The notes under the pieces: generated by a model
The model's input: only the letters and a program-made list of their open reading frames with translations
Databases searched by the model: none
Told to the model about the DNA's origin: nothing
Source: an uncultured Gemmatimonadota bacterium
GTDB lineage: Bacteria > JAAXHH01
Direction of reading: 5' to 3'
NCBI GenBank assembly: GCA_951812955.1
Contig: OX638340.1
Span: 1,120,001-1,184,000, forward strand
DNA: 64,000 bases
Shown here: positions 18,335 through 27,097 of the stretch, in pieces
How positions within the stretch are numbered: the stretch's first letter is position 1
How the letters are laid out: each line of letters starts with the position of its first letter
Program-made: the position numbers and the translations under genes

Positions 18335-19042
18335 ATGTTCAACCGAAAGAGTCTACACGCTGCGGTGTCCATCGGCCTGATGGCCCTGGTGCCGTCGCTG
18401 TTCACACTGGCCTGCGAGGGACCGGTTGGACCGACTGGACCGGCAGGAGCTCAGGGTCCGGCTGGACCGCAAGGCGCTGCCGGATCACAGGGACCGGTGG
18501 GCACGGACGGAAGTACTGGACTACAGGGGCCGGAAGGACCGCCTGGACCGCCTGGACCGCCTGGCGAGGTAAGAGTCATCGATCTGGACCTGGTCGGTTC
18601 GTGGCGATTCGAGAGCACGGATATCGTGCAGACCCTTGCGGAGAATCTCAAGGACTACCTGATCAACGAAGCCGGCCTCGATGCGGCTACCGTGGAACTC
18701 TTACTCGCCGAGTTCTTCAGGGAGATGACGGAGGATCTCAAGAACTCGCCGATTGCGACGGTTAACCTCGCCGCGGACGCCACCTTCCTGGACGGTGACG
18801 GCGCCTCGGGGACCTGGTCGGCCAACGGTTCGACGCTGCTTGTGAAACAGGACGAGACCGTTTTTTTCCTGGGAAGCTATCGCGTGGATGGCGACGATCT
18901 GACGCTGACGCTTTCCAAGGCCCAGATGCTGCAAATGATCACCAGCGCGTCGGAGGAACCACTCGCCGAAGACGAAATCATGCTGCTTGATATCCTGTTC
19001 GGCGAAAACGGTACGGCCAACTACTTCTTCAAGCGGGTTTGA
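18335..19042 (+). CDS. Lipoprotein with collagen-like Gly-X-Y triple-helix repeats and a C-terminal lipocalin-like domain
   Basis: Internal ATG at 18335 with a GGAGAGG RBS. Signal peptide plus lipobox LAC. (GPxGPxG...) x ~20 triplets at 18.42-18.57 kb. C-terminal domain is paralogous to the ORF at 22296-22832. Confidence 0.7.
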   Translation: MFNRKSLHAAVSIGLMALVPSLFTLACEGPVGPTGPAGAQGPAGPQGAAGSQGPVGTDGSTGLQGPEGPPGPPGPPGEVRVIDLDLVGSWRFESTDIVQTLAENLKDYLINEAGLDAATVELLLAEFFREMTEDLKNSPIATVNLAADATFLDGDGASGTWSANGSTLLVKQDETVFFLGSYRVDGDDLTLTLSKAQMLQMITSASEEPLAEDEIMLLDILFGENGTANYFFKRV

Positions 19043-19051
19043 GAGGCACAG

Positions 19052-19651
19052 ATGCACGCCAAGTTGAAGACCATCGGCAGGGAAGCCATTTCTTTCGGAC
19101 TCATCGCGCTGGTTTTGCTGGCGGCCCGGTCGACCCTGGCCGATCACTATACCGTTCCGTCCGGTTCCATGGAATACACGCTACTGCCGGGCGACCGGAT
19201 CTTCGTGGCCAAGTACACCTTTGGTTTCCGCGTTCCTTTCACGGGATGGAAACTCACCGAGGGGCGCGGAGTGGAACGCGGTGAGGTGGTGGTGTTCGAT
19301 TCACCCGTGGAAGACATCCGCCTGGTGAAACGGATCGTCGCCGTGGGAGGCGACACCGTTTCCATCCGCAGCGGCCAGGTTTCCATCAACGGCGCTCCGA
19401 TGGGATCCGTTACGGATATGCGGGAGGAGTTCTACGGCGAACGCCGGGTCCGCCTGAACCTGAGCTACAGCGGGGGGGAGGACTACGGTCCGGAGATCAT
19501 TCCCCCTGGGTTTCTCCTGGCCATAGGAGACGCCAGGGGGAACAGCAAGGACGGACGGGCCTTCGGATTCATCGCGGAGGACTCGGTCTACGGCAGGGCC
19601 GTGGCCGTCTACTACCGCAGCGGCGAAGGCCTCTGCTGGCTCAAACTTTAG
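19052..19651 (+). CDS. lepB: Signal peptidase I
   Basis: PSGSMEYTLLPGDRIFV (box B, catalytic Ser), VKRIVAVGGDTV (box D, Lys), GDARGNSKDGR (box E). RBS GAGAGG. Confidence 0.85.
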   Translation: MHAKLKTIGREAISFGLIALVLLAARSTLADHYTVPSGSMEYTLLPGDRIFVAKYTFGFRVPFTGWKLTEGRGVERGEVVVFDSPVEDIRLVKRIVAVGGDTVSIRSGQVSINGAPMGSVTDMREEFYGERRVRLNLSYSGGEDYGPEIIPPGFLLAIGDARGNSKDGRAFGFIAEDSVYGRAVAVYYRSGEGLCWLKL

Positions 19652-19677
19652 GGAAACGCGGACCTACCGCGTTTCCG
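19652..19677. terminator. Perfect 10-bp-stem hairpin (ggaaacgcgg-accta-ccgcgtttcc) shared by convergent lepB and peptidase genes
   Basis: The inverted repeat overlaps both stop codons: lepB TAG at 19649-51 and the peptidase stop at 19664-66. No clear U-tract, so terminator function is inferred. Confidence 0.4.
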
Positions 19678-22027
19678 TCTTCGTATCCTGCGCTTCCTTT
19701 TCCTTTTCCTCCGCCCTATTCTGACGCTGCATAGGGTTCTCCGGCGCCTGGCGGCGCTGCTTGAACAGCTGGAAGCGCGTGGGCTTAGACTGCGGTGGCC
19801 ACACGTTGTTGCTCAGGTCCGTGTCCGCGGTCTCCAGGAAGGGATCGAGGGTGATCCTTTCCACCGGCTGATCCATGGCGAACACCTTGGTTACGCGGTC
19901 GTCGCGTAGCCGCCAGATCTCCGCGGGGATCCGCTGTACCTCCCTGGTACCGTCCTCGAATTCAAACTCCAGGATCACCGGCATGACCAGGCCGCCTACA
20001 TTCTCGAAGGTCAGTTCGTAGAAGTGCTTGCCGCTTTCGAGCAGGGCCAGGTCCTCGGCATCCAGGTTCTTCACGTAGTTTTCATACTCTTCCTGGTCGA
20101 GGATCGATACTTCGAAGGGATCGTACCTGTTATAGAAATCGACCAGGGTCGAATCCTGCCGGACCATGGGATTCGGAATATCGCCCTGGTTGCGCGTGTA
20201 GCTGATGCCCCGGTTTTCTTCCCCTCTGTTCGCCCTGGCGATCTCTTTCTCCACTTCCGGATCCCGCGTGTTGATCTGGAACCACTTCACCTCGCCCAAT
20301 CCGAGATCCACGTGGTCCGTGCTGTAAAACCAGCCGCGCCAGTACCAGTCCAGGTCCACGGCGGACGCGTCTTCCATGCTGCGGAAGAAATCTTCGGGCG
20401 AAGGATGCTTGAACATCCAGCGCTGGGAATAGCTGCGGAAGGCATGGTCGAATAGCTCCCGCCCCATGACCGTTTCCCGGAGGATGTTCAGCGCGGTGGC
20501 GGGTTTACCGTATGCATTGGGGCCGAGTTGAAATACGGATTCCGAATTCGTCATGATGGGCGAGATCCGCGCCACGTCACCCTTCATGTAATCCACGATC
20601 CGGTGGGCCGCGCCGCGGCGGGATGGATACTCGGTATCCCATTCCTGTTCGGCCAGGTACTGGAGAAAGGTGTTCAGTCCCTCGTCCATCCACGTCCACT
20701 GCCGTTCGTCCGAATTGACGATCATGGGGAAATAGTTGTGCCCGACTTCGTGAATGATCACGCTGATCATGCCGTACTTGGTCCGTTCGCTGTAGGTGCC
20801 GTCCTTTTCCGGCCGGCCGCCGTTGAAGCAGATCATCGGGTATTCCATGCCGATGCGGTTCGTGTGCACGGAGATGGCCGTGGGATAGGGATAGTAAAAG
20901 GTATATTTCGAATAGACGTCTATCGTATGGGCCACCACCTTGGTGGAATAGCGCTCCCAAAGGGGGTTGCCTTCCTTGGGATAGAAGGACATGGCCATCA
21001 CCTTCTGCAGACCTGACTGGACCTCCATGGCGTCCCAGATGAACTTGCGCGAACTGGCGAATGCGAAGTCCCGGACGTTGTCCCCGTGGAAGACCCAGGT
21101 CTTCTTCTCCGTGGCCCGTCCCTTTTCCGCCTCGACCGCTTCCGCCTCGGTGACGATCATGACGGGCTCGGCGGCGGTCCGCGACCGTTCAAACCGGGAC
21201 TGCTGCTCGGCCGTAAGCACGTCCTTCGGATTCTGAAGTACGCCCGTGGCCGTTACGATATGGTCGGCCGGTGCGGTTATGCTGACCTTGTAGTCACCAA
21301 AGGGCAGTGTGAATTCACCACGGCCGAGGAACTGCTTGTGCTGCCAGCCCTCCACCTCGTTGTAAACCGCCATGCGGGGAAAGAACTGGGCGATGGCGTA
21401 CAGGTAATTGTCATCTTCCTCGAAGTACTCGTAGCCCGAGCGACCGCCGATCTTCATCCGGTCGTTGATGTTGTACCACCACTTGACCTTGAAGGTGTAG
21501 GACTTGCCGGGCTGAAGCGGCTCGGGGATATCCACCCGCATCATCGTCTTGTTGATGGTGTGGGACAGCGGATTGTCCCGCCGATCCCGCACCCACTCGA
21601 TCTTGAAGCCGCCGTCGAAGTCGTTCAGCAGGCGCTGCAACTGGGCAAAACTCATCCGCCCCGAAACCCGGCTGCCCGCGATCTTCCGCGTGTCCGAATC
21701 CCGGGCGCGCACGTTCTGGTCGAGTTGCACCCAGAGGTAGGCCAGTTCGTCGGGCGAGTTGTTGTGGTAGGTGATGGTCTCGGTGCCATGCAGCCGCTGC
21801 GTCTCGTCGTCCAGCTCGATCCGCATCTCGTAGTCTGCCTCGTTCTGCCAGTACTGATGGCCCGGCGCGCCGGATGCGGTCCGGTATACGTTCGGCGTCG
21901 GGGCTTCCTGCTTGATCTGGCGGAACTTGCTTCGGTTGATCGTCTCGGGACCCTTCTGGGCGGTAGCGGTGGTGGTAGCGCACGCGACGGTCAACGCGCA
22001 TATAAAGTAAAATAGGCGCTTAGCCAT
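19664..22027 (-). CDS. Secreted gluzincin zinc metallopeptidase (M1-like aminopeptidase family)
   Basis: Signal peptide. HEVGHNYF (HExxH) followed about 18 aa later by WMDEGLNTF (third-ligand Glu). 787 aa. Confidence 0.65.
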   Translation of the reverse strand: MAKRLFYFICALTVACATTTATAQKGPETINRSKFRQIKQEAPTPNVYRTASGAPGHQYWQNEADYEMRIELDDETQRLHGTETITYHNNSPDELAYLWVQLDQNVRARDSDTRKIAGSRVSGRMSFAQLQRLLNDFDGGFKIEWVRDRRDNPLSHTINKTMMRVDIPEPLQPGKSYTFKVKWWYNINDRMKIGGRSGYEYFEEDDNYLYAIAQFFPRMAVYNEVEGWQHKQFLGRGEFTLPFGDYKVSITAPADHIVTATGVLQNPKDVLTAEQQSRFERSRTAAEPVMIVTEAEAVEAEKGRATEKKTWVFHGDNVRDFAFASSRKFIWDAMEVQSGLQKVMAMSFYPKEGNPLWERYSTKVVAHTIDVYSKYTFYYPYPTAISVHTNRIGMEYPMICFNGGRPEKDGTYSERTKYGMISVIIHEVGHNYFPMIVNSDERQWTWMDEGLNTFLQYLAEQEWDTEYPSRRGAAHRIVDYMKGDVARISPIMTNSESVFQLGPNAYGKPATALNILRETVMGRELFDHAFRSYSQRWMFKHPSPEDFFRSMEDASAVDLDWYWRGWFYSTDHVDLGLGEVKWFQINTRDPEVEKEIARANRGEENRGISYTRNQGDIPNPMVRQDSTLVDFYNRYDPFEVSILDQEEYENYVKNLDAEDLALLESGKHFYELTFENVGGLVMPVILEFEFEDGTREVQRIPAEIWRLRDDRVTKVFAMDQPVERITLDPFLETADTDLSNNVWPPQSKPTRFQLFKQRRQAPENPMQRQNRAEEKEKEAQDTKTETR

Positions 22028-22295
22028 GGATCGGTCTCCTGGTTTTCTTTAGTAGTGGTCAGCGGTCAATGCTGTACGATTCGAATTTTGGAATATATGA
22101 CGCGGGCGGCCCCGTGTAAAGGATCATACGAGGCGACGTGTGTTGCGTGCAGGGCGGCACAAGGCCAACACGGGTGGGCGGTGCCGTTCCAACACGGGCG
22201 GGCGGCGAAAATTCTAAGTGCTGGTGAGCGACGCAGTCCCCATGGATTTCAAGGAAAGCGCCAGGTTTGCGGTGGCCTGCTGAACTAAAAGCTAC

Positions 22296-22832
22296 TTACC
22301 TCGAAAAATACATGATCATGACCTCTATGTCCTTCAGCATGATCCTCAACAGTTCCGCTTCCTCTTCGTCCTCCGCATCAAGACCCACGGTTGCCAGTAG
22401 CGAGGCTACTGCAAATTGCAGGGAAAGCGTAGTATCCGTAACGGTGTATCCCACGGAAAAAGTCTCACCATCTGAAGTCGTGACGGTTATTCGATTCCCA
22501 GACACCTGGTATCGGTCAGGCTGTTCGCCGTCGACAATCACCGTTCCGTCAGACCTGAAATCAAGGGTAAGGGCGAACGTCACGTTGGATTCTCCAAGCA
22601 TGTCAGATACCACCATGTCGGCCTGGCTCGCAGTCAGGCCCTCCCCGATCAGGTACTCCCGCAGGTTGGCGGCCAGTTTGGTATCGAAATCGTTTCCCGT
22701 ATATTTCCACGTGCCGATCAGCTTCTCTGCAGGGTCCGGGTCCGGTTCCGGTGTGGGAGTCGGGGCCATCGGATTATCGTCATCTCCGCAGGCTAGCGCC
22801 ACCAGGACGGTCATCATAAGTAGAATCCGCAT
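22296..22832 (-). CDS. Lipoprotein with lipocalin-like domain (paralog of the C-terminal domain of the 18335-19042 protein)
   Basis: Signal peptide plus lipobox LAC, a Pro/Thr/Asp-rich linker, then LIGTWKYTGNDF...LREYLIGEGL...TLSLQF, alignable to [12 protein letters not shown]...[11 protein letters not shown]...LTLTLS. Confidence 0.6.
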   Translation of the reverse strand: MRILLMMTVLVALACGDDDNPMAPTPTPEPDPDPAEKLIGTWKYTGNDFDTKLAANLREYLIGEGLTASQADMVVSDMLGESNVTFALTLDFRSDGTVIVDGEQPDRYQVSGNRITVTTSDGETFSVGYTVTDTTLSLQFAVASLLATVGLDAEDEEEAELLRIMLKDIEVMIMYFSR

Positions 22833-22937
22833 ATCATGCCTCCTGCCGAGTAGGCTCGGCTATACGTGTCTTCAAGAATGGATCGGAGATGTTAACGGTG
22901 AGCTCTCCGTTTCGTCTATCAATACTTCGCTTGTGGT

Positions 22938-23246
22938 TCAAATAGATACCCTGATCGTGATGGTCTCCCTTATTGTCTCGTCGTACAGCAGGCTTTTTAT
23001 TCTGCCCTTCACCACATATCGCCCCAAATCGTTGAAACCGTGATTGAGTGACAACAGGGCCAACTTGTTGTGCTGGGCCGTTGCGACTACTCTTTGGGTT
23101 GGTTCACCAGTTGTCTGAACGATGGGGTTACTTTCCGAACAGGACGCAATCGCGAACAACATTGTAATCAGTAGGATAGACTGGAATGCACGCAAGTACA
23201 ATATACACACCCTTTCTGAAGAAGTTAGGGGCACCATTTGACCCAA
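22938..23246 (-). CDS. Hypothetical small lipoprotein (in a low-GC patch)
   Basis: Track ORF. Hydrophobic stretch plus lipobox-like IASC. Sits in an AT-richer segment, so the coding status is uncertain. Confidence 0.3.
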   Translation of the reverse strand: MGQMVPLTSSERVCILYLRAFQSILLITMLFAIASCSESNPIVQTTGEPTQRVVATAQHNKLALLSLNHGFNDLGRYVVKGRIKSLLYDETIRETITIRVSI

Positions 23247-23747
23247 TGCCTATGGTACCTGCCAGTGTTGTACGCTCGCGCTATAATTCGGTGAGTGTTA
23301 TACGATTCACCGGGGGTTGGGATCTAACTCGAAGCCCTAAAAATCGGCCACTGAATTGAGCAAACTACCCCGACCAATGTAGCACGAACAATCGACAATA
23401 GCGAGTGTCATGGTTTCAAATTGAAAATATGATCTATATTTGATTTTCCAACTGAAAACCAACTTGAAAATATAAACATCGGCTTCCAAGCTGATATTTT
23501 ATGATCAAAAAGTGATTTTTATAGTATTTAATGTGACTAAATCGCATACAACCGGATGGGTCGCCTGTGCCCTTACTTGAGGATACAAAGTCGCACAGAA
23601 GTCGGTGAAGCGGGACTCGTGGCATTTTCGGGCTATTCATCGGATATTGACAGGGACAATCCGCGGATGTACCCTGAATCGACCGCCGGTCCGGCACGGC
23701 CCGGCTCTTTCGCGGAAGAACCGCGGGAACCGTTCTCGGAAGAAACC

Positions 23748-24272
23748 ATGAAATCGCAGGGCTTCTGGCTTACCTTCGCAGGCCTCCTACTGGTGTGCGT
23801 AGCATCGGACGCGGTTGCGGTGCGAATATCGGCCCACCCGTTCTACATCAGCGTCTGCCAGGTCGATCACAACCCCGATTCCGACGCGCTGGAGCTGGCT
23901 TTTCGCATCTTTACGGACGACCTGGAACAGGCCCTCGAGGCGATGGGAACGGACCGGCTGCGCCTGGGGACGGAGCGCGAAGCCGAGAAAGCCGATCTTT
24001 ACATCGGCCGTTATCTCGCGCGCCACGTCGAAATCGAAATTAACGACCAACGCGTCAGCGCCGTCTTTCTTGGAAAGGAAGTGGATACGGACGCAATCTG
24101 GTGTTATCTGGAGGTTGAGAATATCCCGCTCTTAAACACGATGACCATGACGAACACCCTGCTCCTTGAAACTTTTGAAGACCAGGTCAATCTCGTGCAC
24201 GTCAACGCCAACGGTCAGAAGATGAGCCTGGTGTTCAACGGACAGCACGTCAAGCAGACGCTGGACTTCTGA
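23748..24272 (+). CDS. Secreted hypothetical protein (174 aa)
   Basis: Internal ATG of track ORF 23556..24272, with an N-terminal signal peptide (MKSQGFWLTFAGLLLVCVASDAVA). No family recognised. Confidence 0.5.
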   Translation: MKSQGFWLTFAGLLLVCVASDAVAVRISAHPFYISVCQVDHNPDSDALELAFRIFTDDLEQALEAMGTDRLRLGTEREAEKADLYIGRYLARHVEIEINDQRVSAVFLGKEVDTDAIWCYLEVENIPLLNTMTMTNTLLLETFEDQVNLVHVNANGQKMSLVFNGQHVKQTLDF

Positions 24273-24317
24273 CCCGTTATCCAGCCCCCAGTCACAACCA
24301 TAGATGATTCCCGGATC

Positions 24318-24830
24318 ATGCCCCGAAACACACGAAATGCAGCCCGCATAGTAGACCTGAAGGCGTTTGCGGACTTGAGATCCGGCCTGGGTACCATCGT
24401 CGCCACTTCCGGCGGATATGATCCGCTCCATCCCGGGCACGTCTCCTGCCTGTTGGAATCATCCGCCTATGGCGATACCCTGGTCGTGATCGTCAACGGC
24501 GACGGTTTTCTTCGCCTTAAAAAGGGCAAGCCCTTCATGGATATCACGGCCCGCTGCCAGGTCGTCTCCGGTATTCGAGCCGTGGATTTTGTCATTCCCT
24601 TTGAGGTGGAAGACGACGACACGGTATGCGAGGCCCTGAGGATGATCCGGCCCCACGTGTTCACCAAGGGTGGAGACCGGACCGACATGTCCAATATCCC
24701 CGAGTGGGGGGTGTGTACGGAACTCGGAATCGAAGTGATATCTGGGGTGGGGATGGACAAGGCCTGGAGCAGTTCCGACTACCTGGAATCCTGGGGACGA
24801 TTCTGGGCCGATCGTGCAGGCCGCGGCTAG
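24318..24830 (+). CDS. Cytidylyl/adenylyl-transferase-like nucleotidyltransferase (RfaE domain II / HldE C-terminal-like)
   Basis: TSGGYDPLHPGH (HxGH nucleotidyltransferase motif), VIVNGDGFLRLKKGKP, FTKGGDRT. These resemble the ADP-heptose synthase adenylyltransferase domain. Confidence 0.7.
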   Translation: MPRNTRNAARIVDLKAFADLRSGLGTIVATSGGYDPLHPGHVSCLLESSAYGDTLVVIVNGDGFLRLKKGKPFMDITARCQVVSGIRAVDFVIPFEVEDDDTVCEALRMIRPHVFTKGGDRTDMSNIPEWGVCTELGIEVISGVGMDKAWSSSDYLESWGRFWADRAGRG

Positions 24831-24983
24831 TTAAACAGTGTTGTATTTGTTTCTTGTCCCGCGTCCCTTGCCGTCATAATTTACCGGTACAGGAAATCCA
24901 AACGCCCACGCGACAATCTCGCAGGAAATACACCGTTCAGGACGAGAAACCATCCGGTCTCTCCCGGATGACCCGGAGGAGAA

Positions 24984-26087
24984 ATGTCCAGTAGATACCG
25001 CGCCGCCGTAATCGGTCTCGGCCGCATGGGGAGCACCTTCGACGACGAGATCGATCAGGGCGGGTCCATTTTCCTGCCTTACTGCCACGCACCTTCCTAT
25101 TACGCCGCGCCGGATGTGGACCTGGTCGCGGGAGCGGATCCCCACGACGAACAGCGTTCCATCTTCGGGGTGCGCTGGGGCATCGAAGACGGCCACCTGT
25201 ACACCGACTACCGAGATTTGCTCGAAAAGGAAAAACCCGATCTGCTCAGCGTCTGTACCACCGCCCGGATCCGGTCGCAGATCGTGGAGGACGCCGCCCG
25301 GGCAGGCGTGAAGGCGATCTGGGCCGAAAAGCCCATTGCCCTGACCCTGGCCGAGGCGGACGCCATGGTGAAAACCTGCGATGACCACGGCGTAGCCCTG
25401 GCCTTAAACTGCGCCCGGCGCTGGCATCCATTCTTCTCCCAGGCGCGGACCATGATCGAGGAAGACGAACTCGGCGACATCGTCCAGGTGACGGGCTACG
25501 GCCAGTGCGGACTTTCCCACAACGGCAGCCACCTGATCGATATCGTCCGGTACATGGCGGGCGGAAGGGTGGAATGGGTGTACGGCGAGATGGAATCCGA
25601 CGAGGCTGCGGAGGGCGAAAAGGATCTGATGGGCAACGGATACCTGGCCTTCGAGAACGGAGTCAGGGCCTATGTCCGGGGCATGCCCTGCGGGATCGCG
25701 AACTGGGAAATCGACGTACTGGGCACGAAGGGCCGCTTCCGCTCGATCGCCAACGGCCAGGACGCCGAACTGATCAAACTGCACCCGGGAGGGCCGCGCG
25801 GGCGGGGCGTGCCGGCCCGCATGCCCTTCCCCTGGCCCGCCCATTACCCCGGGATGGGACTGACGATCGTGGCGGACCTGGTTTCGGCTATCGAAAACGG
25901 TCATCAGCCCAAGTGTTCCGGGGTTGACGGGCGCGAGGCGCTGGAAGTGGCCGTCGCCCTCCGCGAATCGCACCGCGGCGGCGGGCGGAAGATCCATCTG
26001 CCCCTGGAGGACCGCGGCCTGGGTATACTGTCTTCCGAGATTCACGGGGACGACATCCCGGCCAGAGTCCGGCGCCTCCAAAGTTGA
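24984..26087 (+). CDS. Gfo/Idh/MocA-family NAD(P)-dependent oxidoreductase
   Basis: N-terminal AVIGLGRMGS Rossmann motif, EKP motif (WAEKPIA) and the C-terminal alpha/beta domain. Confidence 0.85.
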   Translation: MSSRYRAAVIGLGRMGSTFDDEIDQGGSIFLPYCHAPSYYAAPDVDLVAGADPHDEQRSIFGVRWGIEDGHLYTDYRDLLEKEKPDLLSVCTTARIRSQIVEDAARAGVKAIWAEKPIALTLAEADAMVKTCDDHGVALALNCARRWHPFFSQARTMIEEDELGDIVQVTGYGQCGLSHNGSHLIDIVRYMAGGRVEWVYGEMESDEAAEGEKDLMGNGYLAFENGVRAYVRGMPCGIANWEIDVLGTKGRFRSIANGQDAELIKLHPGGPRGRGVPARMPFPWPAHYPGMGLTIVADLVSAIENGHQPKCSGVDGREALEVAVALRESHRGGGRKIHLPLEDRGLGILSSEIHGDDIPARVRRLQS

Positions 26088-26160
26088 CGTCCGCACGAAT
26101 GACGTCCGCACAAATGAAGTCCACTAAGTTGCGGTCCCCAGGATTGTATAGGGAGATGGC

Positions 26161-26925
26161 ATGAAGCTCGGGTTCGTAACCTACCAGATCGGCAAAGACT
26201 GGGATGTGCCGACCATCATCGACATGTGCGGCCGAACGGGTTTCACCGGAGTCGAACTCCGCACGACCCACGCCCACGGCGTGGAAGCATCGCTCAGTCC
26301 AGGTGAACGCGGCGAGGTCAGGCGGCTGTTCGAGGACGGCGGCGTGGATCTCGTGGGACTCGGAACGGCCTTTGAGTACCACTCGGTCGATCCCGACGAG
26401 GTCCAGGCGAATATTAAAGGAACTGTGGAGTATGCCAGACTGGCGGCCGACCTGGGCTGTCCAGGTATCAAGGTGCGGCCTAACGGTCTGCAGACGGAAG
26501 CGGGCATACCGGAAGAAGCGACTCTCGAACAGATCGGAATGGCCATCGGGCAGTGCGCGGAAGCGGCCGGCGGTCTCGGCGTGCAAATCCGGGTCGAGGT
26601 ACACGGGAAGGACACCCAGGAGCCGCGCCGGATGCGCGCCATTATGGATCATGCGGACCATCCCAATGCGTATATCTGCTGGAATTCCAATTTCGGCGAA
26701 GTGGTGGAAGGATCGATCGAGAGCAACTACCGGCTGCTGAGTCACAAGATCGGCCTGGTGCATATCACCGAAATCTACCGCGCCGAGTATCCCTGGCGGG
26801 AACTGTTCAGGCTGCTCAAGGCCGACGGTTACGAAGGTTACACGCTCGCGGAAATCGCGCACAGCCCCGAACCCGAACGGCTGATGGGCTATTACAAGGC
26901 ACTCTGGGAAGCCTACCAGGTCTGA
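26161..26925 (+). CDS. Sugar-phosphate isomerase/epimerase (xylose isomerase-like TIM barrel)
   Basis: GVELR, RVEVHG, WNSNFGE motifs typical of AP-endonuclease-2/IolE/hydroxypyruvate isomerase-like TIM barrels. Confidence 0.8.
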   Translation: MKLGFVTYQIGKDWDVPTIIDMCGRTGFTGVELRTTHAHGVEASLSPGERGEVRRLFEDGGVDLVGLGTAFEYHSVDPDEVQANIKGTVEYARLAADLGCPGIKVRPNGLQTEAGIPEEATLEQIGMAIGQCAEAAGGLGVQIRVEVHGKDTQEPRRMRAIMDHADHPNAYICWNSNFGEVVEGSIESNYRLLSHKIGLVHITEIYRAEYPWRELFRLLKADGYEGYTLAEIAHSPEPERLMGYYKALWEAYQV

Positions 26926-26935
26926 GCGCGCACCG

Positions 26936-27055
26936 CGCGACATTAAGCGACATCCGGCGCGGCATTATGCGCGTATCCGGCGCGGCATCAAGCGCGTATC
27001 TGGTACGACATTAAGCGCGTATCCGGCGCGGCATTTATCGACATTAAATCGAACC
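26936..27055. repeat. Complex intergenic tandem repeat (motifs gacattaa and gcgcgtatccggcgcggcat, each about 3x)
   Basis: Read directly between the TIM-barrel gene stop (26925) and the aminotransferase start (27098). Confidence 0.6.
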
Positions 27056-27097
27056 GCCGATTATCTGCATGGGCAATCTGAAAGGATCGATTGATTT

